NCBI GenBank assembly: GCA_042570925.1
Contig: JBHPFX010000003.1
Coordinates: forward strand, 10,149 to 74,148
DNA length: 64,000 bases
Direction: 5' to 3'
From: Patescibacteria group bacterium
Lineage (GTDB): Bacteria; Patescibacteriota; Patescibacteriia; UBA10025
The position numbers and the translations under genes are program-made. The notes below the pieces were generated by a model. The model had not been told where the DNA came from. It ran no database searches and saw nothing but the letters and a program-made list of their open reading frames with translations. Positions 1-10,112 of the stretch are shown here, piece by piece (positions within the stretch are counted from its first letter, which is position 1; each line of letters starts with the position of its first letter).

Positions 1-1
1 G

Positions 2-1219
2 GTAAAGCGTTTCAAGCTTACCGAACGACAGGCTGTCGCGATTTTAGAAATGAAACTGCAGCAGCTGGCAAATCTCGAGCGTTTAAAAGTAGAGCAGGAA
101 TATAAGGAAAAGCAAAAACTTATCAAGGAATACCAGGCTATTCTTAAGAGCGGAAAACGCATTGCCGGACTTATAAAGGAAGAGCTGGCTGATTTGAAAG
201 AAAAATACGGAGATGATCGCCGAACGAAAGTTCAAAAAGGTGCTGTCGGAGAATTCTCACAAGAAGATCTTATTCCAAATGAAGCGACTGTTGTGATTGT
301 GACGAATGACGGATATGTGAAGCGTCTTGCTCCGGAGACATTCAAGCGACAGGGTAGAGGCGGTAAAGGTGTCATTGGACTTACAACCAAAGAGCAGGAT
401 ACCGTCGAACATCTTGTGGCCACCATGACTCATGCTGATCTCCTTTTCTTTACCAACAAAGGACGGGTATTTGAACTTAAGGCATATGACATTCCTGTGG
501 CATCCAGAACGGCAAAAGGCCAGGCGCTCGTAAACTTTTTACAATTAGCTCCAGAAGAAAAAGTTACGTCAGTGATGTCAATGAAAGAACTTGGAGAAAA
601 TAAATATCTCACCATGGTTACCCAAAGAGGAATTACAAAGCGGGTCAATATCGCCGATTTCCAAAACGTTCGCCGTTCAGGGCTTATTGCGCTCAGACTT
701 AGAAAAAACGACACACTTGAATGGGTGCGCCCTACAACAGGCTCCGCTGATATTATTCTCGCAACAGAAAAAGGCCAGGCTATTCGTTTCAAGGAAAAAC
801 AAATTCGAGTCATGGGCCGCAATGCTGGCGGGGTGCGCGGTATTCGACTTAAAAAAGACGATGTTGTTGCCGGGATGACGTTACTCGACGGTGGCAAAGC
901 GCCTCAAGGCGAGCAACTTCTCGTAGTTATGAAAAACGGTTTTGGAAAGCGAACGAATCTGACCAGCTATAAAGTACAGGGTAGAGGTGGATCAGGTATT
1001 AAGACGGCAAAAATCACACCGAAGACAGGGGTTATTGTTGCGACGTTTACTGTCAACGCAAAACGGGAGCAGGAAGATTTGGTTATCATGTCGGATAAGG
1101 GGCAGGTTATCAGGCTGCCAATAAAGACAGTCTCAGTTCTTGGACGAGCTACTCAGGGTGTCCGACTTATGCGATTCTCAGAAAAGGGTGACGGCGTAGC
1201 AACAGTAACATTTGTGTAA
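2..1219 (+). CDS. gyrA: DNA gyrase subunit A, C-terminal part (5' end lies upstream of the window)
   Basis: The frame is open from the window edge (VKRFKLTERQAVAILEMKLQQLANLE). Repeated beta-pinwheel blades with QGRGGKG / QGRGGSG motifs are typical of the GyrA C-terminal domain. Confidence 0.9.
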   Translation, partial: VKRFKLTERQAVAILEMKLQQLANLERLKVEQEYKEKQKLIKEYQAILKSGKRIAGLIKEELADLKEKYGDDRRTKVQKGAVGEFSQEDLIPNEATVVIVTNDGYVKRLAPETFKRQGRGGKGVIGLTTKEQDTVEHLVATMTHADLLFFTNKGRVFELKAYDIPVASRTAKGQALVNFLQLAPEEKVTSVMSMKELGENKYLTMVTQRGITKRVNIADFQNVRRSGLIALRLRKNDTLEWVRPTTGSADIILATEKGQAIRFKEKQIRVMGRNAGGVRGIRLKKDDVVAGMTLLDGGKAPQGEQLLVVMKNGFGKRTNLTSYKVQGRGGSGIKTAKITPKTGVIVATFTVNAKREQEDLVIMSDKGQVIRLPIKTVSVLGRATQGVRLMRFSEKGDGVATVTFV

Positions 1220-1241
1220 TTAAAGTTTTAAATTAGAACAA

Positions 1242-1270
1242 TCCCCGCTTCGCGATGAGGCGGGGATTTG
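1242..1270 (+). terminator. Intrinsic terminator after gyrA
   Basis: CCCCGC..GCGGGG hairpin (1243-1265) followed by ATTTGT. Confidence 0.6.
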
Positions 1271-1293
1271 TAATTGCCTATATGGCAATTTTG

Positions 1294-1533
1294 TCAGAGT
1301 TGCGGTGGATTCCAGCTTGTCACCGATGCTGTTCGAGAGCGATGGCAACCGGGAGTTTTGCACGTCAATGATGTATGGCCGGCGAGACTGCCGTCTGGCC
1401 ACATACCATCATCTCTGAATACGGGATGTCCGCATGGGCTGACTGAATTCGGGGGTGAGCTCTGTTGTAGAGCTGACGTAATCAAATGAGCCACAATATC
1501 TGGATGGTCGGCAACTGTGCCTCCTTTGGCCAT
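1294..1533 (-). CDS. Hypothetical 79-aa protein in a small G+C-rich patch (coding status uncertain)
   Basis: ATG is preceded by GAAAGGA. A TTGACA-N16-TAAAGT promoter lies on the minus strand near 1610. An ORF on the opposite strand (1274-1489) overlaps it, so either or neither may be real. Confidence 0.25.
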   Translation of the reverse strand: MAKGGTVADHPDIVAHLITSALQQSSPPNSVSPCGHPVFRDDGMWPDGSLAGHTSLTCKTPGCHRSRTASVTSWNPPQL

Positions 1534-1605
1534 TTCGAGTATCCTTTCATCTAGGGAACGTACGATTTTCTTTTTGTCTGGGTCACTTTACCACGTATTT
1601 TCCCC

Positions 1606-1634
1606 TTGTCAAAGCGCTAAAACTGCGCTATACT
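1606..1634 (+). promoter_or_regulatory. Sigma70-type promoter of rpmF-nusB-rnc
   Basis: TTGTCA-N17-TATACT. The ATG lies 12 nt after the -10 box, so the leader is very short and has no SD. Confidence 0.5.
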
Positions 1635-1646
1635 AGCTATACATCT

Positions 1647-1883
1647 ATGGGTCTTCCTAAGAAAAAACGATCTAAACAACAAAAGAGAGAACGTGCTTCG
1701 CATTTTGCATTACAACAAACTTCTTTGAGTTCTTGTCCGAAATGTAAAAAGCCGATCCGTCCTCACACCGTGTGCACACATTGCGGGTACTATAAAGGCA
1801 GGGATGTTCTTAAGCTTGATCTCAAGTCAGAGAGGAAGAAAAAGAAGGAAAAGAAGAGAGAGGATAAAGCAAAAAATAGATAG
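1647..1883 (+). CDS. rpmF: 50S ribosomal protein L32 with Lys-rich C-terminal tail
   Basis: N-terminal PKKKRSK..R and a CPKC..CTHCG zinc ribbon, followed by a KKKKEKKREDKAKNR tail. Confidence 0.85.
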   Translation: MGLPKKKRSKQQKRERASHFALQQTSLSSCPKCKKPIRPHTVCTHCGYYKGRDVLKLDLKSERKKKKEKKREDKAKNR

Positions 1884-1899
1884 TCCCTAAGGCGCCTTT

Positions 1900-2385
1900 A
1901 TGTCGAATCGTCATCTTGCTCGAACGATCGCGATGCAATCACTCTATGAGTGGGACTTTAATAAGCTTGCACCCGAAAAGGCTCAGGAGCTTGTCAGTCG
2001 CAACATCAATGATTTTGCGGCGGATTTTGACGACAACGGATTTTCTGAAAGGGTAGTAAAAGGAGTCATCAACCATCTCGATGAGATTAATGGCCTCATT
2101 AGCACGTACGCGCCGGAGTGGCCGCTTGATCAAATTACTGTCGTTGACCGAAATGTTCTGCGAATCGGAATATTTGAACTCCGATTTTCCGGAGGAGAAA
2201 TACCTCCAAAGGTTGCCATTAATGAAGCGATCGAGTTGGCCAAGACATTTGGCGGCGAGTCATCAGGTAAATTCGTCAACGGCGTGCTCGGTACGATCTA
2301 TAAAGAAATGTTGAAAAAAGGTGAGGCAGTAATTACAGAAGAAAAGTCTGATCAGAAAAAAAGCCCGGAGGGGAAAAAATCATAA
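1900..2385 (+). CDS. nusB: Transcription antitermination factor NusB
   Basis: N-terminus [17 protein letters not shown], then [13 protein letters not shown] and [12 protein letters not shown], the NusB family signature. Confidence 0.85.
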   Translation: MSNRHLARTIAMQSLYEWDFNKLAPEKAQELVSRNINDFAADFDDNGFSERVVKGVINHLDEINGLISTYAPEWPLDQITVVDRNVLRIGIFELRFSGGEIPPKVAINEAIELAKTFGGESSGKFVNGVLGTIYKEMLKKGEAVITEEKSDQKKSPEGKKS

Positions 2386-2412
2386 ATTCACAAGCAGAAT
2401 TACAGACTTTCA

Positions 2413-3102
2413 ATGAAAGATTTTTCTCATCTTGAACAAAAACTTGGAATCACATTTTCAAATAAAGACCTTCTCAAACAGTCGATGGTCCATCGTTCGT
2501 ATATTAACGAACATCCGAAATTTAATCTTGATAATAATGAACGGCTCGAATTTCTTGGTGATGCGGTTCTCGAGCTGGTGGTAACCGAATATCTCTATCA
2601 AACATACCCAAATCCCGAAGGCGAGCTGACAAACTGGCGCGCCAGCTTAGTCAATGCAAAAATGCTCGCCGAACTTGCCAGGACGTTTGATCTGGATCAC
2701 TATCTTTTCTTAAGTCGGGGGGAGCAAAAAGATAAAAAAAGCAAAGCGCGCGCATTCATTCTTGCGGACGCGTTTGAAGCACTCATAGGATCCATGTATC
2801 TCGATCAGGGATGGGAAGTAACGCGCGACTTTATCACCAAACACATTATGACGCATCTCAAAGTCATTCTGGAGAACCATTTATATCAGGATCCTAAGAG
2901 CAAGTTTCAAGAAGCCGCACAGGACAAGACGGGCGTCACACCGAGTTATCGGGTTCTTCATGAATCCGGTCCTGATCATGCACGTAAGTTTCGCATTGGC
3001 GTCTTCATCAGTGAAGAGTTAATTGCTGAGGGAGAAGGAATGTCAAAGCAAGAAGCTCAGGTGCGGGCGGCAGAGCGGGCACTAGAGGTTAAGGATTGGT
3101 AG
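2413..3102 (+). CDS. rnc: Ribonuclease III
   Basis: ERLEFLGDAVLELVVTEYLY catalytic signature plus a C-terminal dsRBD (GPDHARKF..GEGMSKQEAQVRAAERAL). Confidence 0.9.
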   Translation: MKDFSHLEQKLGITFSNKDLLKQSMVHRSYINEHPKFNLDNNERLEFLGDAVLELVVTEYLYQTYPNPEGELTNWRASLVNAKMLAELARTFDLDHYLFLSRGEQKDKKSKARAFILADAFEALIGSMYLDQGWEVTRDFITKHIMTHLKVILENHLYQDPKSKFQEAAQDKTGVTPSYRVLHESGPDHARKFRIGVFISEELIAEGEGMSKQEAQVRAAERALEVKDW

Positions 3103-3119
3103 AAAATTAGTTAAATTAC

Positions 3120-3145
3120 AGCTTGTGTTGTGCAAGCTTTTTTTA
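3120..3145 (+). terminator. Intrinsic terminator after rnc, running into a TATTTGACA promoter
   Basis: AGCTTG-TGTTGTG-CAAGCT hairpin plus a T7 run. TTGACA at 3147-3152 follows directly. Confidence 0.6.
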
Positions 3146-3239
3146 TTTGACAACTCAAACGTAGGGCTGATAAGGTGACAAACTAAAAAGAAAATCAAGA
3201 TAGTCATTTACCAAACGCTACAAACAGGCGGAGGACGAG

Positions 3240-4535
3240 ATGAGCAATTTTTTCGTGCTCGAAGAAGGAGGTCGCGGACATGCAATTGTGAGGGCCCTTC
3301 TCAACGGATCAGGTGACAACCGTATCACCTGCATTCCAGGTAATCCCGGCATCGATTGTCATCCTGATGTCATATGTCGGGATATGAGAATCTCACAGCA
3401 CACCGCGATCGCTACAATAGCAAAAGCTCAGCAGGCAATTACGTTTGTTGGGCCCGAAGGACCTCTCGTAGGAGGCATTGTTAAACCGTTCGATGCGATA
3501 GGTGCGCCGATAATCGGCCCCGGTGATGACGCTACCTGGCTCGAAGGCAGCAAGGCAAGGTGCTGTGATTTTCTCAGTGGTGCGGGAATACCTGTCCCAC
3601 CGTACGGGGTGTTTACCGATGTCACGGCAGCTACGAACCATATTGGAGCTTCAAGTGGTCCGTGGGTGATCAAAGCCGATGGACTGTGCGGCGGCAAGGG
3701 AGTTGTGATTGCTCTGGAATCTGGTATGGCACTCGCGACTATCAACAACTTCATGTCAGGCGATAGGTTCGACGATGCAGGTAAGACCATCGTCATTCAG
3801 GAATGCGTGACCGGCCGGGAAGTCAGTATATTGGCATTTGTCGATGGTGAGACGGTTCTACCGATGACAACATCAATGGATCACAAGCCGGTTTTTGAAA
3901 ACGATCGAGGCCCAATGACCGGTGGTATGGGCGCGGTTGCACCGGTACCGTTCGTGACAGCCGAGCTGTATGACCTGATCTTACAGACGATCGTTCGTCC
4001 GACCGTGGCTGCTCTCGTGCAAAAAGGAATTCACTATCGCGGTGTCATTTACTTCGGTCTTATGATCACCAGTACTGGCCCAGTCGTACTGGAAATCAAC
4101 ATTCGCTTCGGTGATCCGGAGGCGCAGGTGGTATTGCCGCTTCTCAAGACTCCTCTGGATGAGATTTTCCAGGCGATGGCTGCTGGCGAACTCAGCCGGA
4201 TCGGGGATCTCGAATGGCATCCAGGATTTGCCTGCTGCGTCGTGATGGCCGCTGAGGGTTATCCAGGTAAGCCAGTTGTTGGCGATGAGATTACTGGACT
4301 CGGCGCAGATGGCCAACTTATCAATCGGCTGGGTGAACACGAAATCTTCGTGTATCATTCCGGCACCAGCCGCCAACGGTGCCAGTGGAGAACGAAAAGC
4401 GGACGAGTTCTCGGAGTCTGCTGTACAGCGCGATTGCTTGGTATGGCGATCAAGGGCGCCTATGCTGGCGCTGGCCAAATCGAGTGGCGCGGAATGCATT
4501 ATCGCCATGACATTGGATCCAAGGCATCCAGGTAG
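3240..4535 (+). CDS. purD: Phosphoribosylamine--glycine ligase (GAR synthetase), in a G+C-rich island
   Basis: GGRGHA, GPEGPLVGGIV, LEGSKA, VIKADGLCGGKGVVIA, TGGMGA, FGDPEAQ, VVMAAEGYPG and GRVLGV are collinear with PurD. A GGAGG SD precedes the ATG. Confidence 0.85.
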   Translation: MSNFFVLEEGGRGHAIVRALLNGSGDNRITCIPGNPGIDCHPDVICRDMRISQHTAIATIAKAQQAITFVGPEGPLVGGIVKPFDAIGAPIIGPGDDATWLEGSKARCCDFLSGAGIPVPPYGVFTDVTAATNHIGASSGPWVIKADGLCGGKGVVIALESGMALATINNFMSGDRFDDAGKTIVIQECVTGREVSILAFVDGETVLPMTTSMDHKPVFENDRGPMTGGMGAVAPVPFVTAELYDLILQTIVRPTVAALVQKGIHYRGVIYFGLMITSTGPVVLEINIRFGDPEAQVVLPLLKTPLDEIFQAMAAGELSRIGDLEWHPGFACCVVMAAEGYPGKPVVGDEITGLGADGQLINRLGEHEIFVYHSGTSRQRCQWRTKSGRVLGVCCTARLLGMAIKGAYAGAGQIEWRGMHYRHDIGSKASR

Positions 4536-4555
4536 CACATTTCGGAAGTTTATAA

Positions 4556-4587
4556 CCCCGTCAGTCGAACAGTTTCTGCTGACGGGG
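4556..4587 (+). terminator. Intrinsic terminator after purD
   Basis: CCCCGTCAG..CTGACGGGG hairpin followed by ATTCTTT. Confidence 0.6.
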
Positions 4588-4593
4588 ATTCTT

Positions 4594-4687
4594 TATATAT
4601 TGACAAAGCCACATCGAGGGGATAACCTCATAAAAAGAAAAACTGACAACGAAACAGAAAGTGAACCCGCTATCTTAGGGAGGGATT
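4594..4687 (+). promoter_or_regulatory. Promoter plus A-rich 5'UTR module, copy 1 (paralog of 5031-5123)
   Basis: TATATTGACAAAG..N..GATAACCTCATAAAAAGAAAAA. TTGACA at 4600-4605, N17, TAACCT at 4623-4628, then a GGGAGGG SD. Confidence 0.5.
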
Positions 4688-4975
4688 GTGCACATTCTAC
4701 CAACAGGATCAGTGCGCGCAGGTCGTGTGATTCGACTGTTTCCTGACGCACAGTGCGTAGGCATCAAAGCCACACGCGTAGGGTTCGGTATTCCGGTCAC
4801 GTTGTACTTTCAGTGTCCTGATGGTGACCACGATCGGAGCTTCACGGTCACGTCGATGCAACGTGACCGGGCCGACATTCCACGAGTGGATGTTGGCGAA
4901 GAAGGTGCTGTATTTCTCGGATGTAAACGGGATCGTCTTCCTCCACATGGCTCGATTGTCTGGGTTGCTCCATAG
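4688..4975 (+). CDS. Hypothetical small protein (paralog of 5124-5510), GTG start
   Basis: A GGGAGGG SD lies 3 nt before the GTG. Shares GRV[IF]R[LV]FP and L[YH]F[QR].PD.D with the next ORF. A terminator follows. Confidence 0.4.
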   Translation: MHILPTGSVRAGRVIRLFPDAQCVGIKATRVGFGIPVTLYFQCPDGDHDRSFTVTSMQRDRADIPRVDVGEEGAVFLGCKRDRLPPHGSIVWVAP

Positions 4976-4999
4976 CACCCATCGACGTCGTACTACTTA

Positions 5000-5026
5000 C
5001 AGCCCCTCGGCTTCTCGAGGGGCTGC
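5000..5026 (+). terminator. Intrinsic terminator
   Basis: CAGCCCCTCG-GCTTCT-CGAGGGGCTG hairpin. Confidence 0.55.
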
Positions 5027-5030
5027 TTCA

Positions 5031-5123
5031 TTTATATTGACAAAGTTATATTAAAGCGATAACCTCATTAAAAGAAAAAAACCAGGTAACAAAAACAACG
5101 AACCCTTTTACAAGGAGGTGTAT
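5031..5123 (+). promoter_or_regulatory. Promoter plus A-rich 5'UTR module, copy 2
   Basis: TTGACA at 5037-5042, N17, TAACCT at 5060-5065, then CTCATTAAAAGAAAAAAA and an AAGGAGG SD. Confidence 0.5.
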
Positions 5124-5510
5124 ATGGCAGACGATACCAGTGAATTGGTATCCGTTGGCCGGGTATTTAGAGTGTTTCCCGGCAATGACGACTGGCAGTA
5201 CTTTGGTCTTGAGCTTCCCGATGGAGGATTCTCACGGAGGGATGAACTCCACTTTCGTCCACCGGATACCGATGGATCGGAGGATGTGGTATTCCTTGCC
5301 AGCACGATCGAGATCGAAAAGAAAAGAACCAATGTCGCCCATCAGGGTGATAAATGTGCGGTCAGGCCCAACAAAATGCCTACAGTGATTCCAGCAGTAG
5401 GTTGGACGGTGCATGTCAAGCCAAGTTGTGTCAGTGCTGCCGAGGGAGTTGCGCAGACTTTCAAATCCAGACCCTCAAAACATGTCTCTGAGAGGCATAT
5501 GTTCACATGA
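5124..5510 (+). CDS. Hypothetical small protein (paralog of 4688-4975)
   Basis: AAGGAGG lies 5 nt upstream of ATG 5124. The track ORF starts 2 codons earlier at a GTG. The N-terminal roughly 50 aa align with the preceding ORF. Confidence 0.45.
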   Translation: MADDTSELVSVGRVFRVFPGNDDWQYFGLELPDGGFSRRDELHFRPPDTDGSEDVVFLASTIEIEKKRTNVAHQGDKCAVRPNKMPTVIPAVGWTVHVKPSCVSAAEGVAQTFKSRPSKHVSERHMFT

Positions 5511-5534
5511 AATCGTTCATGTTCCGAGTTTTCC

Positions 5535-5573
5535 ACGCGTATACCCAGCAATCAGGGGTGTACGCGTTTTTTT
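5535..5573 (+). terminator. Intrinsic terminator
   Basis: 10-bp stem ACGCGTATAC / GTGTACGCGT followed by a T7 run. Confidence 0.65.
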
Positions 5574-5575
5574 AT

Positions 5576-5604
5576 TTGACACAGAGTTTTTCAGAGGGTA
5601 CACT
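5576..5604 (+). promoter_or_regulatory. Promoter of the pyr operon
   Basis: TTGACA at 5576-5581, N17, TACACT at 5599-5604. The rRNA promoter at 19693 uses the same -10 box. Confidence 0.5.
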
Positions 5605-5645
5605 GCATGTATACATATGACTTACATCTTTAGTCCATCTGATGA

Positions 5646-7078
<1,433 letters not shown>

Positions 7079-8005
7079 ATGAGTGTAAGTCTCTCAATAC
7101 AGCTAGGAGGCTTAAAGCTATCAAACCCGACACTTTTAGCCTCGGGTATTTTAGGTGTGTCGAGAGCCTCGCTGAAAAATGTCATTGCGAATGGTGCAGG
7201 AGGTTGTGTGATTAAGTCAATCAGTCTGGAAGAACGTGTTGGCCATCATGCGCCGAATATGATTACGTATGAAGGCGGCATGCTCAACGCAGTTGGTTAT
7301 TCAAATCCCGGCGTGGAAGATGCAAAAAAAGAATTTACCGATTTAAAAAGTTTAGACGGGCCCGTTATCGCAAGCATTATCGGAAAAGACGCCGACGAAT
7401 TTGGTCAAATGGCTGAGCAGTTTCTCCCTGGAGATTTTTCTGCAGTTGAAGCGGTTCTTTCATGCCCGCATACTCCGGGGTACGGAACGTTGGCAGGCCA
7501 GGGTACGCCGAAGAGCACCGAAGAGATTACCAAGGCAGTTCGTTCAAGAACTGACCTGCCTTTATTTATAAAAATATCCCCTGACAGCCAGCCGATTGGT
7601 GAGATTGCCAAGGCGGCTGAATCAGCGGGTGCAGACGGAATTGTGGCGGTAAATACTATGGGCCCGGGAATGGTGATAGATATCCACACAGGTCAGCCGA
7701 TCCTTCATTTCAAGGTGGGAGGCGTGTCTGGAGCGGCCTTGCGGCCAATTGCAGTCAGATGTGTGTATGACATACGAAAGTCCGTAAAAATCCCAATTAT
7801 AGGTTGTGGAGGGGTCACGACGGGCCGGGATGCTATAGAGATGATGATGGTAGGAGCATCAGCAATAGAAATCGGCACGGCTATTTACTACCGCGGTGTC
7901 GATGTGTTTAAGAAAGTCTGTGATGAAATTGAACAGTATATGGATCAAAAAGGTCATACAAAGCTTGAGGATTTTATTGGCCAAACTCATAAACTGGAAG
8001 ACTAA
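7079..8005 (+). CDS. pyrD: Dihydroorotate dehydrogenase, class 1B catalytic subunit
   Basis: L.NP...ASG, NAVG.SNPG, ISCPHT-like SCPHTPG and GGV..G.DA.E motifs. Followed by pyrK. Confidence 0.85.
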   Translation: MSVSLSIQLGGLKLSNPTLLASGILGVSRASLKNVIANGAGGCVIKSISLEERVGHHAPNMITYEGGMLNAVGYSNPGVEDAKKEFTDLKSLDGPVIASIIGKDADEFGQMAEQFLPGDFSAVEAVLSCPHTPGYGTLAGQGTPKSTEEITKAVRSRTDLPLFIKISPDSQPIGEIAKAAESAGADGIVAVNTMGPGMVIDIHTGQPILHFKVGGVSGAALRPIAVRCVYDIRKSVKIPIIGCGGVTTGRDAIEMMMVGASAIEIGTAIYYRGVDVFKKVCDEIEQYMDQKGHTKLEDFIGQTHKLED

Positions 8006-8823
8006 TGGAGAGAAAACTTGGTACAATCGATCAGCCGAAAATGTTTCCGATAAAACGGATTCTTGAAGAAGCAAAGGATATTAAAACTTTCTTTTTTGAT
8101 ACGCAGCTTAACTCCAGACCAGGTCAGTTTGTCATTATGTGGATTCCAAGAGTGGATGAAAAGCCATTCAGCATCGCATATGATGAGGGCGGGCAGCTGG
8201 GTTTAACAATTGCGAAAGTTGGAAGGTTTACAGAAAAACTTTACACATTTACAGAAGGCGATCTACTCGGTATACGCGGACCATATGGAGCTCCGTTTAC
8301 ATTGAAAGAGGGTTACAAAAAGATATTACTTGTTGGAGGAGGCTACGGTGTTGCACCTTTGGCAACACTCGCCTCGCAAGCACTTGATAAAAATATTGAA
8401 ATAGATTTCTGCAATGGCGCACGAACAAAAGATCTTTTACTTTTTCAAGATCGTTTAAAGAAATTAGATATCCCGGTTCATGTTTCAACAGATGATGGAA
8501 GCGAAGGGCACAAAGGTTTTGTCACAGATATCGTTGCTGACCTTTTTAAAAAAGGACAATATGATTGTGTATATACGTGTGGCCCGGAGTTAATGGAAAA
8601 AAAGGTTGTTGATTTGGCCGTAGAGGAGAATATTCCTTCTCAAGTAAGCATTGAACGGTATATGAAGTGCGGGTTTGGGATTTGCGGAGCATGTTGTGTC
8701 GACGATTCAGGTAAGCGCATGTGTGTAGAAGGTCCGGTCACTTCAGGAGAGTTCGCACTCAAGCAAAAAGAGTTTGGTGCGTATCATCGTCATGCGAGCG
8801 GGAAGAAAGAATCTTTTTCATGA
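8005..8823 (+). CDS. pyrK: Dihydroorotate dehydrogenase electron-transfer subunit
   Basis: FNR-like fold (PGQFV, GGGYGVAP) and a C-terminal 2Fe-2S motif (CGFGICGACCV). Confidence 0.85.
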   Translation: MERKLGTIDQPKMFPIKRILEEAKDIKTFFFDTQLNSRPGQFVIMWIPRVDEKPFSIAYDEGGQLGLTIAKVGRFTEKLYTFTEGDLLGIRGPYGAPFTLKEGYKKILLVGGGYGVAPLATLASQALDKNIEIDFCNGARTKDLLLFQDRLKKLDIPVHVSTDDGSEGHKGFVTDIVADLFKKGQYDCVYTCGPELMEKKVVDLAVEENIPSQVSIERYMKCGFGICGACCVDDSGKRMCVEGPVTSGEFALKQKEFGAYHRHASGKKESFS

Positions 8824-10112
8824 ACGTCAACTTACACAATTGTACGCTTGTTGATGGAAGAAAAGTAAGTATCGCTATCCGTGAGGGGAAGATTAATGAA
8901 ATTAGTGAGACGGTTTCAGTCTTTGATCAAGAAATAGATATTGGCGGGAAAATGGTTATTCCTGGAATTATCGATACTCATGTTCATTTTAGAGAACCAG
9001 GCGGCGAACAAAAGGAGGACTGGTCGACCGGTTCTGAGGCAGCAGCAGCTGGAGGTGTCACAACAGTCATAGACATGCCAAATACTGATCCGCCAACGAT
9101 TGATTCAAAAACATTAGAGAAAAAAAGAAAGCTTGCGGAAAAGAGCTTAGTAAATTACGGATTTTTTCTCGGGGCAACAAAAGATAATCTGAAAGAAATC
9201 AAAAAAGCTCGTAACATTGCCGGAGTAAAAGTATATGTGGGCTCTTCTACGGGCAATCTATTGGTTTCAGAAGACGATGATTTAGAAAATCTGTTTACCA
9301 TTCCAAATATTCAATGGGTCATTCACGCAGAGGATGAGCCGATCATTTTACAGAATCAAATAAAATTCTCTTCAGACGACTCTCCGTCAGTTCATTCAAA
9401 AATTCGCGAGCGGTCTGCAGCGATTAAAGCTGTTGAAAGGATTATCGTATTAAGTAAAAAAACCGGCGCGCGTATTCATATTTGCCATGTAAGCACTCAG
9501 GAGGAGGTTGAGCTTATTCAAGAAGCAAAGGGAGAAGGCGTGTTTATAACATGCGAAGTAAGTCCCCATCATCTTTTTCTCACTGATCAATATTATTTTC
9601 AAAGAGGAAATTTTGCCAAAGTAAATCCCCCGCTTAGGACGGTGGAAGATACGAAGAAGTTATTTGAAGCATTAGAGATGGGAATTATCGATACGATAGC
9701 CACTGATCACGCTCCTCACACTATTCAAGAAAAAGAACAGGAGTACTCAAAAGCCCCATCAGGCTTACCAGAAGTCCAGACTTCGCTGCCGCTCATGCTT
9801 AATGAAGTTTCAAAAGGGACAATTTCTCTACAAAGAGTTGTAGAAATAATGTCAGAAAAACCTGCCAAACGTTTCCATATACAAAATAAAGGGAAAATTG
9901 CAGAAGGATACGATGCAGATCTAACTGTGATTGATCTGAACAAAAAGCAGAAAGTAGCTCAGGGCATGTTAAGAAGCAAATGCGGCTGGTCACCATATGA
10001 GGGACAAGAAATCACTGGTTGGCCAATTATGACGTTTGTGAACGGGAATCTCATTTTCAATAACAAAACAATTAACAAAGAATATAAAGGAAAGGAAGTA
10101 ATATATGAATAA
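8820..10112 (+). CDS. pyrC: Dihydroorotase
   Basis: DTHVHFREPG, HAED and ATDHAPH motifs. I prefer ATG 8820 (MNVNLHNC), which overlaps the pyrK stop (ATGA), over the track start at 8721. Confidence 0.85.
   Translation: MNVNLHNCTLVDGRKVSIAIREGKINEISETVSVFDQEIDIGGKMVIPGIIDTHVHFREPGGEQKEDWSTGSEAAAAGGVTTVIDMPNTDPPTIDSKTLEKKRKLAEKSLVNYGFFLGATKDNLKEIKKARNIAGVKVYVGSSTGNLLVSEDDDLENLFTIPNIQWVIHAEDEPIILQNQIKFSSDDSPSVHSKIRERSAAIKAVERIIVLSKKTGARIHICHVSTQEEVELIQEAKGEGVFITCEVSPHHLFLTDQYYFQRGNFAKVNPPLRTVEDTKKLFEALEMGIIDTIATDHAPHTIQEKEQEYSKAPSGLPEVQTSLPLMLNEVSKGTISLQRVVEIMSEKPAKRFHIQNKGKIAEGYDADLTVIDLNKKQKVAQGMLRSKCGWSPYEGQEITGWPIMTFVNGNLIFNNKTINKEYKGKEVIYE

Noticed and set aside
3393-4746. Long antisense or alternative-frame ORFs within and after purD (3393-3641, 3428-3796, 3981-4538, 4276-4746)
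   Set aside because: The purD frame has a full-length family match. Antisense ORFs are expected in G+C-rich DNA.
5590-5600. PyrR binding loop in the pyr leader (TTCAGAGGG)
   Set aside because: It is only a partial match to ARUCCAGAGAGGYU, it lies within the promoter spacer rather than the transcript, and no pyrR gene is seen.
8721-8819. Upstream start (8721) for pyrC in the ORF track
   Set aside because: That extension lies inside pyrK in another frame. ATG 8820 overlaps the pyrK stop (ATGA) and gives a normal dihydroorotase N-terminus.
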